A stretch of 64,000 bases of DNA from Aurantibacter sp. (GTDB lineage: Bacteria > Bacteroidota > Bacteroidia > Flavobacteriales > Flavobacteriaceae): positions 44,091 to 108,090 of the forward strand of contig NZ_JBELDZ010000001.1 in assembly GCF_042094015.1 (NCBI RefSeq), written 5' to 3'. Shown piece by piece: positions 57,380 through 64,000 of the stretch; the stretch's first letter is position 1, and each line of letters begins with the position of its first letter. The position numbers and the translations under genes are program-made. Under the pieces are notes generated by a model, which was not told the DNA's origin, did not search any database, and saw only the letters and a list, made by a program, of their open reading frames with translations.

Positions 57380-59158
57380 ATGCCTAAACAGACATTATTA
57401 AAACGTTTTTTGATTTGGAAGTATAAACATATCTCCGAAAAGAATTTTACGTTTATTTTAAGTGGGTTAGTTGGTTTTTTAGCAGGATTAGCTGCGGTAA
57501 CACTTAGAAATATTACATTTTATATTGAATCTTTATTAGAATTATTACGAAGTTTAACCACTAATCAATGGTATTTTATTTTGCCAACGATTGGGTTGTT
57601 GTTGGTTTATTGGTTGGTTAAGTATGTTACAAAAAAACCTATTTCTCACGCTATACCTTCTATTTTATACAAACTTTCAAAGCGAAGTGGTATTATAGAG
57701 CGTACTAAAATTTATATTCCATTAATTGCAGCGCCATTAACAGTTGGTTTTGGTGGTTCTGTTGGTTTACTTGGTCCAGCAATAGCATCTGGTTCGGCTA
57801 TAAGTTCTAATTTAGGAAGACTTTTTCATGTTAACCAAAAAGCAAGAAGTTTGCTTATTGGTTGTGCGGCAGCAGGAGCTATTTCATCTATATTTAAGTC
57901 ACCAATTGCTGCAATTATTTTTGCAATTGAAGTATTTAGTTTAGACCTAACATTTGTATCATTACTACCATTATTAATTGCATCTGTCTCTTCTGTTTTA
58001 ACATCTTATTTCTTTTTAGGAGATGATTTGTTATTTAACTTTAAGTCTTCTGATAAATTTCAAATTAACGATACTTTGTTTTATGTAGTCTTAGGAATTG
58101 GAACTGGAATTGCTTCAATATATTTCACTAAAATGTATTTCTTTATTTTGAAACAGTTTGAAATCTTTAGAACTTCATTTCAAAAATTATTAGTTGGTGG
58201 ATTAGCTATTGGAATAATGCTTTATTTTATTCCACCTTTATATGGTGAAGGATTTAGTTTTATAAATAATTTATTAGCGGAAAATCACTTAAAAGCATTA
58301 GGAACAACACCTTTTGATGCTTATACAGATCAAATATGGATTGTTATTGCATTATTAATAGGAATAACAGTTTTTAAGGCAATTGCAATGACAACAACAT
58401 TTGCTGCTGGTGGTGTTGGTGGAATTTTTATCCCAACTATGGTTATGGGAAGCGCTTTGGGAAATGTAGTCGCCAAAATTATAAATCAGCTAGGCTTTAA
58501 TGTTTCCGAAACTAATTTCACGCTAATTGGTATGGCTGGTTTAATTGCAGGAGTTTTACACGCGCCATTAACTGCTATGTTTTTAATTGCTGAAATTTCT
58601 GGCGGTTATGAGTTGTTTATTCCATTAATGATTAGTGTAGGAATTTCTTTTGCAATAAAAAAGAATGCTATAGATTTTACTATTTATACTAAAGAGTTAG
58701 CTCAAAAAGGACAATTATTAACGCATGATAAAGATCAAAGTGTTTTAACTTTAATGAATTTAGAAAATATTATTGAAACCAACTTTGTTACTCTTAAATC
58801 AGAAATGACTTTAGGAGAATTATTGCATAAAGGTGTTTCTAAATCTACTAGAAATATTTTTCCTGTTATTAATAATGAAAATGCTTTAGTAGGTATTATA
58901 ATGTTAGATAATGTAAGAAATATAATGTTTGATCAAAATTTGTATAATACTACATTGGTTTCTGATTTAATGCAAAATCCACTTGAAATTATTAATTTTG
59001 AAAAAGACGATATGAAGCTTGTTATGGATAAATTCCAAAACTCAAGTGCTTGGAATTTACCAGTTATTAAAAACAATATTTATATAGGATTTGTTTCTAA
59101 ATCTAAACTATTAACTGCATACAGAAGACAATTAATAAATTTTACAAAACAGAAATAG
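57380..59158 (+). CDS. ClC-family chloride-channel protein with C-terminal CBS pair
   Basis: ClC motifs GGSVGLLGPAIASG and GGVGGIFIPTMVMG. About 10-11 TM segments. C-terminal tandem CBS-like repeats (FPVINNENALVGIIMLDN, LPVIKNNIYIGFVSKS). Confidence 0.88.
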   Translation: MPKQTLLKRFLIWKYKHISEKNFTFILSGLVGFLAGLAAVTLRNITFYIESLLELLRSLTTNQWYFILPTIGLLLVYWLVKYVTKKPISHAIPSILYKLSKRSGIIERTKIYIPLIAAPLTVGFGGSVGLLGPAIASGSAISSNLGRLFHVNQKARSLLIGCAAAGAISSIFKSPIAAIIFAIEVFSLDLTFVSLLPLLIASVSSVLTSYFFLGDDLLFNFKSSDKFQINDTLFYVVLGIGTGIASIYFTKMYFFILKQFEIFRTSFQKLLVGGLAIGIMLYFIPPLYGEGFSFINNLLAENHLKALGTTPFDAYTDQIWIVIALLIGITVFKAIAMTTTFAAGGVGGIFIPTMVMGSALGNVVAKIINQLGFNVSETNFTLIGMAGLIAGVLHAPLTAMFLIAEISGGYELFIPLMISVGISFAIKKNAIDFTIYTKELAQKGQLLTHDKDQSVLTLMNLENIIETNFVTLKSEMTLGELLHKGVSKSTRNIFPVINNENALVGIIMLDNVRNIMFDQNLYNTTLVSDLMQNPLEIINFEKDDMKLVMDKFQNSSAWNLPVIKNNIYIGFVSKSKLLTAYRRQLINFTKQK

Positions 59159-59392
59159 ATGAAATATGTATTATGGCTTGTTTTTTTAGCCGCAGCAATA
59201 AGTATAATTTTAGGATTTACTTTAACGGTAGATTATACAGAGAAGTTAATAGGTTTTGGAACTTGTGGCTTGTTTTTAGTTTGGATTCCATTGTTTATTT
59301 ATCATAATTGGAAAGGTAAAAATCCAAGAGATTATATGTTGACTCATAAGAATCTTGAAGCTATGAAGAATAGTCAGAAGAGAACAAAATAA
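59159..59392 (+). CDS. Small two-TM membrane protein (77 aa)
   Basis: Two hydrophobic helices. The ATG abuts the ClC stop (TAGATG). No family recognised. Confidence 0.45.
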   Translation: MKYVLWLVFLAAAISIILGFTLTVDYTEKLIGFGTCGLFLVWIPLFIYHNWKGKNPRDYMLTHKNLEAMKNSQKRTK

Positions 59393-60118
59393 ATGTTAGC
59401 TATTAGAAAGTATTCTGTGCCAAACTTTTTGTTACTCTAAGCCTTGGTTTTATCTTGTTTGCAGCTGTGGGTACTTTATCTCATGAATTTGGTCATTACA
59501 TAGTGGCTAAACATTTTGGTTATAATGCAAGCATAGATTACAGAAGCACAAACTACAACTCCACACTTTACAAAGAAACAAAAGAACTCTTTTACAAAAA
59601 TAGAGAAGCTATTTTGAGCGAAGAAGATTCGACAATAAAGTCGTTGTTTCAATCTAAACAAAAGCAATTAAAAAAAAGAAAAACTGTTGCTAACTTTTGG
59701 TGGTCCGTTTCAAACAATATTAACAGGCTGTATAGGATTGTTGATTTTGTATTTTAGAAAACGATTTAAAACTAATATTGACTTTGAATTAATAGATTGG
59801 TTAGCTGTATTTCTTTCGTTATTCTGGCTTAGAGAGGTTTTTAATTTATCTATGGCTCTAGGAAGAGAAATTGTTTTTCCTAACGGAAACTATTTTGGAT
59901 ATTCTGGAGATGAAGCCAAGCTTTCTTATTTATTAGATTTACCTGCCGGAACCTTCCCTATAACTTTAGGTTTAATTGGTTTGATGATTTCTTTAATTAT
60001 TGTTTTTAAAGCTGTGCAAATAAAAGACCGACTAACTTTTATTTTAAGTGGCTTTTTTGGAGGAATTTCTGGTTATTACCTATGGATGAATATTGTTGGT
60101 CCAGTTTTGGTACCTTAA
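59393..60118 (+). pseudogene. Membrane HExxH zinc-metalloprotease-like gene split by frameshift(s)
   Basis: Track ORFs 59455-59757 (contains TLSHEFGHYIVA) and 59687-60118 (multi-TM) overlap in different frames and read as one protein if shifted within the A8-G-A5 tract at 59670-59683. Frame 1 is open from 59407 with no ATG or GTG. An ATG at 59393 is in another frame and stops at 59438-59440. Confidence 0.55.
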
Positions 60119-60564
60119 TTCAAATTACGTTTCTCAATAAAAAAACGCTTCATTAAATCTGCAGCTTCAGTTTCTAAAACGCCACCAATTATTTCGGTTT
60201 TTGGATGCAGTTTTGTGCCTAAAGCACCACAACCACGCTCAAAATCTGTAGCGCCAAATACAATTTTAGAAATTTGACTCCAATACAGTGCGCCAGCACA
60301 CATTTGGCAAGGCTCTAAAGTTACATAAAGTGTACACTTGTGTAAATATTTCCCGCCAATATAAGATGATGCTGAGGTTATAGCTTGCATTTCTGCGTGA
60401 GCAGTAACATCTATTAGTTGTTCGGTTAAATTGTGTCCTCTAGCAATAATTTGATTATTAGCGACAATAATAGCACCTACAGGAATTTCACCTTTATCAA
60501 AAGCATCTTGTGCTTCTTGTAAGGCTTTTTTCATAAAATAAGTGTCGTCGTAAGGATTAATCAT
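60115..60564 (-). CDS. tadA: tRNA-specific adenosine deaminase
   Basis: CDA-fold zinc motifs HAEMQAI and PCQMCAGAL, 149 aa. Confidence 0.9.
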   Translation of the reverse strand: MINPYDDTYFMKKALQEAQDAFDKGEIPVGAIIVANNQIIARGHNLTEQLIDVTAHAEMQAITSASSYIGGKYLHKCTLYVTLEPCQMCAGALYWSQISKIVFGATDFERGCGALGTKLHPKTEIIGGVLETEAADLMKRFFIEKRNLN

Positions 60565-60568
60565 AACG

Positions 60569-61018
60569 TTATTTTTTCAATTTTAAATATAAATACTTTT
60601 TGTTATAATCTATAATAGCTTTTCCTTTTTTAAGAATATCTGCACCAATAATTCCGTTTACAGGTTGAGAATTATGGTTAATTAAAGCCGTGTTTACGTG
60701 CTTTAAATCGAACAAAACTAAATTAAGGTTGAGGTAATTCCATTTTCCAATTTTAATATGATTTTTTGTGGAACTTTGTGTAAACATATCTGTTGCTCCA
60801 GCCCCAGCAGCTTTAATCCTAGAGTCTTTTGCTTTTAATTTAAAAGTATCTATATCCGTAAAACCAACACAAGAATTTGAAGCACCAGTATCTAAAATAA
60901 ACAAACCTTTAATACCATTTAAAGACGCTTTAAGTTCAAAGTGATTGGTTTTAGTTAACTTTAATTTTACTCTTATATAGTCTTGACTTTCTAAGAGTGT
61001 TTTAAGTGTTTGCTCCAT
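60569..61018 (-). CDS. Retropepsin-like (clan AA) aspartic protease
   Basis: Catalytic LFILDTGASNSCV and the dimerisation-region motif GIIGADILKKG, at 149 aa. Confidence 0.75.
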   Translation of the reverse strand: MEQTLKTLLESQDYIRVKLKLTKTNHFELKASLNGIKGLFILDTGASNSCVGFTDIDTFKLKAKDSRIKAAGAGATDMFTQSSTKNHIKIGKWNYLNLNLVLFDLKHVNTALINHNSQPVNGIIGADILKKGKAIIDYNKKYLYLKLKK

Positions 61019-61106
61019 TAATTTATAAAAATCTGTCTATACAAAGTTACAGTTCTATTTTGCGTTATAATGTTAAGAAACCATATTCTTTTTTTATTTT
61101 TACCAG

Positions 61107-61874
61107 ATGATTATTACAGACACACATACACATTTATATAGCGAGTCATTTGATGAAGACAGAATAGATATGATACAGCGTGCCTTAGACTCTGGAGTTA
61201 CACGTTTGTTTGTTCCGGCAATAGATTCTACTTATACTAACGCAATGTTGAAATTAGAAAAAGATTATCCCGAAAATGTCTTTTTAATGATGGGGTTACA
61301 TCCAACGCATGTAAAAGAGAATTATTTAGATGAGTTAAGTCATATAAAAGAGCAACTAGCTGCACATAAATTTTATGCAGTAGGCGAAATTGGTATCGAT
61401 TTATATTGGGATAAAACCACTTTAGGAATTCAGCAAGATGCGTTTAGACAACAAATACAATTAGCAAAACAGTATAGATTACCTATTGTAATTCATTGTA
61501 GAGATGCTTTTGATGAGGTTTTTGAAGTTTTAGAACAAGAAAAATCAGATGATTTATTTGGTGTATTTCATTGTTTTACTGGAAGTTTAGAACAAGCACA
61601 TCAAGCTATTTCTTATAAGATGAAATTAGGAATTGGTGGTGTTGCCACTTTTAAAAATGGAAAAATAGACCAGTTTTTAAATCAAATAGACTTAAATCAC
61701 ATTGTTTTAGAAACCGATGCGCCTTATTTAGCGCCAAAACCATTTAGAGGTAAACGAAACGAGAGTAGTTACATCTTAAAAGTTGTAGAGAAATTGTCTG
61801 ATATTTATCAGGTTTCCGAAGAAATAATAGCAGATGTTACAACCCAAAACTCTAAAGACGTTTTTGGAATTTAA
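61107..61874 (+). CDS. TatD-family metal-dependent hydrolase
   Basis: IITDTHTHLY, AVGEIGIDLYW, PIVIHCRDA, GVFHCFTG, LETDAPYL. Confidence 0.9.
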   Translation: MIITDTHTHLYSESFDEDRIDMIQRALDSGVTRLFVPAIDSTYTNAMLKLEKDYPENVFLMMGLHPTHVKENYLDELSHIKEQLAAHKFYAVGEIGIDLYWDKTTLGIQQDAFRQQIQLAKQYRLPIVIHCRDAFDEVFEVLEQEKSDDLFGVFHCFTGSLEQAHQAISYKMKLGIGGVATFKNGKIDQFLNQIDLNHIVLETDAPYLAPKPFRGKRNESSYILKVVEKLSDIYQVSEEIIADVTTQNSKDVFGI

Positions 61875-61945
61875 GAAATAGATAAGTATAATATTGATTC
61901 TAGAGTAAAGTATATCGAAAACAAGCGAATTTAAATTTGAATAAA

Positions 61946-62977
61946 ATGACACATCCAAAAATACTTTTAATCTATACTGGAGGAACTATTGGAATGATTA
62001 AAGATGCCGAAACTGGTGCTTTAAGAGCTTTTGATTTTGATAATTTACTACTTAGAATTCCTGAGTTAAAGTTGTTGGAATGTGATATAGAAACAATATC
62101 ATTTAAAGAACCTATAGATTCTAGTAACATGAACCCTAAGTTTTGGGTTGAAATAGCCGAAGTCATTGAGAATAATTACACTAAATTTGATGGGTTTGTA
62201 ATTCTTCATGGAAGCGACACTATGAGTTATACAGCATCAGCTCTAAGTTTTATGTTAGAAAACTTAGCAAAGCCTGTTATTTTAACAGGATCACAATTGC
62301 CAATTGGAGATTTAAGAACAGATGCTAAAGAGAATTTAATTACATCTATTCAAGTTGCAGCGCTACAACATAAAAATAAGCCTGTTATAAAAGAAGTTGG
62401 TTTGTATTTTGAATACAAACTGTATAGAGGAAATAGAACTACAAAAATTAACGCAGAACATTTTGAGGCATTTGCAAGTTTAAATTATCCAGAATTAGCA
62501 GAATCTGGAGTTCATTTAAAGGTGAATAAAGAATATTTACTAAAAAAACCTAAAGTAAATAAGGACTTTATTGTGCATAAAGACCTAGAGTCTAATATTG
62601 CGTTAATAAAACTATTCCCTGGTATTTCCCAAACTATTTTGCAAAGTATGTTTAATGCGCCTGGATTAAAAGGTGTTATTATTGAAACTTATGGCGCAGG
62701 TAATTGTACAACAGAAACGTGGTTTTTAGAACTTTTAATAAAAGCAGCTAGGCAGAAAATTCCAATGATAAATATAACGCAATGTTCTGGTGGAAGTGTT
62801 TCTATGGGACAATATGAGACTAGTCAGAAATTAAAAAAAATAGGTATAATTTCAGGAAAAGACCTGACAACAGAAGCTGCATTATCTAAATTAATGTATT
62901 TGTTGCCAAAAGGCTTGTCTCCAAAAAAACTTAAAAATGCTTTCGAAAAAAATTTAAGAGGTGAAATGACTTCATAA
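61946..62977 (+). CDS. ansA: Type I L-asparaginase
   Basis: ILLIYTGGTIGM (catalytic Thr), ILHGSDTMSYTASAL, GAGN. I prefer the ATG at 61946 to the track's TTG at 61937. Confidence 0.88.
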   Translation: MTHPKILLIYTGGTIGMIKDAETGALRAFDFDNLLLRIPELKLLECDIETISFKEPIDSSNMNPKFWVEIAEVIENNYTKFDGFVILHGSDTMSYTASALSFMLENLAKPVILTGSQLPIGDLRTDAKENLITSIQVAALQHKNKPVIKEVGLYFEYKLYRGNRTTKINAEHFEAFASLNYPELAESGVHLKVNKEYLLKKPKVNKDFIVHKDLESNIALIKLFPGISQTILQSMFNAPGLKGVIIETYGAGNCTTETWFLELLIKAARQKIPMINITQCSGGSVSMGQYETSQKLKKIGIISGKDLTTEAALSKLMYLLPKGLSPKKLKNAFEKNLRGEMTS

Positions 62978-63161
62978 TTAAATAGTTATAAAATTTAAAA
63001 ATAAGTTTTGGTATAGTTTATGTTGCTTTAATACCAAACTTTTAAACTAAAAAACATTTTTTAACATCAAAAGATTTAGGTTATTTTACTTTTGAACACA
63101 TTTTTTTTATATATTTAGCACTTTAAAAAACAAAATTTAAGAACAATTTAATAACAAAACA

Positions 63162-63932
63162 ATGAAAAGATTTTTTTCAATTTTAGCTATTACATTAATG
63201 ATGGCTTTAGGATCAACAGTTAATGCAACAGCTTCTACAACTGTAGCGACTACTGTAGCAGCAATTCAGGAAGATGCAGCACAAGATGATGCAAAAGAAG
63301 AATTAGGTTTTCACCAAGAACTTAAAAAACGTTTTATAGAAGGTGGACCAGGATTTATGGGAATTGTATTGTTATGTTTAATTCTAGGTTTAGCAATTGC
63401 TATTGAAAGAATTATCTTTTTAAACTTATCTACTTCAAACTCTAAGAAATTAACTCAAGATGTTGAAGATGCTTTACAATCTGGAGGATTAGAAGCTGCT
63501 AAAACTGTTTGTAGAGATACAAAAGGACCAGTTGCATCTATATTCTACCAAGGTTTAGATAGAGCAGATGGAGACTTAGAATCTGCTGAAAAAGCTGTTG
63601 TAGCTTATGGAGGCGTTCAAATGGGACAGTTAGAGAAAAATGTTTCTTGGATTTCTTTATTTATTGCATTAGCACCAATGTTAGGTTTCATGGGAACTGT
63701 AATTGGTATGATTCAAGCATTCGATAAAATTGAAGCTGCAGGAGATATGCAACCATCATTAGTTGCTGGAGGTATTAAAGTTGCCTTATTAACAACTGTA
63801 TTTGGTTTAGTTGTGGCAATTATTTTACAAGTTTTTTACAACTACATTATTGCAAAAATTGATAGCATTGTTAATGATATGGAAGATTCTTCTATTACGT
63901 TAATCGATATGTTATCTAAGTACAAAAAATAA
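63162..63932 (+). CDS. MotA/TolQ/ExbB proton-channel family protein
   Basis: Bacteroidota-type ExbB with a signal-like N-extension. Motifs LAPMLGFMGTVIGMIQAF and GIKVALLTTVFGLVVAI. Confidence 0.88.
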   Translation: MKRFFSILAITLMMALGSTVNATASTTVATTVAAIQEDAAQDDAKEELGFHQELKKRFIEGGPGFMGIVLLCLILGLAIAIERIIFLNLSTSNSKKLTQDVEDALQSGGLEAAKTVCRDTKGPVASIFYQGLDRADGDLESAEKAVVAYGGVQMGQLEKNVSWISLFIALAPMLGFMGTVIGMIQAFDKIEAAGDMQPSLVAGGIKVALLTTVFGLVVAIILQVFYNYIIAKIDSIVNDMEDSSITLIDMLSKYKK

Positions 63933-63954
63933 TAACACTCATAAAACATACATT

Positions 63955-64000
63955 ATGAATACACAAAAAATAATAACCTTGGTTGCAGCCATAATTGGAG
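63955..64000 (+). CDS. Start of a small hydrophobic ORF (truncated by the window end)
   Basis: ATG at 63955, then MNTQKIITLVAAIIG... The position after exbB is where small membrane or ExbD-like genes usually lie. It is too short to call. Confidence 0.25.
   Translation, partial: MNTQKIITLVAAIIG

Noticed and set aside
59455-60118. Treating 59455-59757 and 59687-60118 as two genuine overlapping genes, plus the antisense ORF 59476-59667
   Set aside because: The 71-nt out-of-frame overlap, the nonsense-like tail of the first ORF (WWSVSNNINRLYRIVDFVF) and the continuity of a single membrane-protease topology across the A-run all favour one frameshifted gene. The antisense ORF has no support.
61776-62166. 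Minus-strand ORFs 61776-61958 and 61972-62166
   Set aside because: They are antisense to the tatD 3' end, the intergenic region and the asparaginase gene, and have no motifs.
1-64000. Search for CRISPR arrays, tRNA/rRNA genes, transposases, integrases, phage genes or flanking direct repeats marking an island
   Set aside because: All intergenic gaps are under 250 nt. They contain only AT-rich promoter-like sequence or simple terminators, with no repeat-spacer pattern, no cloverleaf-like GC-rich segments and no mobility genes. I scanned by eye only, so small ncRNAs could have been missed.

Overview
The window reads as a low-GC Bacteroidota chromosome segment, class Flavobacteriia. The evidence is T9SS C-terminal sorting domains, a PorP/SprF gene, TonB-dependent receptors with carboxypeptidase-regulatory N-domains, and TAnnTTTG-type -7 boxes. 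It is densely packed with about 55 genes, and most are core housekeeping: recO, recX, the biotin operon, tex, metG, sucA/sucB, mfd, aspS, tadA, tatD, asparaginase and exbB. I saw no rRNA, tRNA, CRISPR array, transposase, integrase or phage gene, so nothing marks a mobile island. Accessory content includes several T9SS items: a PorZ-like propeller protein, a 1535-aa multidomain surface protein with a lamin-tail domain, a type-B-CTD protein with its SprF-like and OmpA-like partners, and a nearly cargo-less 118-aa CTD protein. It also includes a secreted-nuclease / TonB-receptor / OB-fold-like lipoprotein locus and a TetR-controlled RND efflux operon. The best candidate for undescribed biology is the biotin operon, bioF-[DUF2007/Zn-ribbon]-bioD-bioA-[KAS I/II-like]-bioB. 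It carries two uncharacterised, translationally coupled members and no recognisable pimelate-arm gene (bioC/bioH/bioG/bioW/bioI). Second is the nuclease-TBDR-lipoprotein locus, a possible extracellular DNA capture and uptake system. A membrane HExxH metalloprotease gene is split at an A8 run. All domain calls come from reading motifs in the supplied translations; no searches were run.
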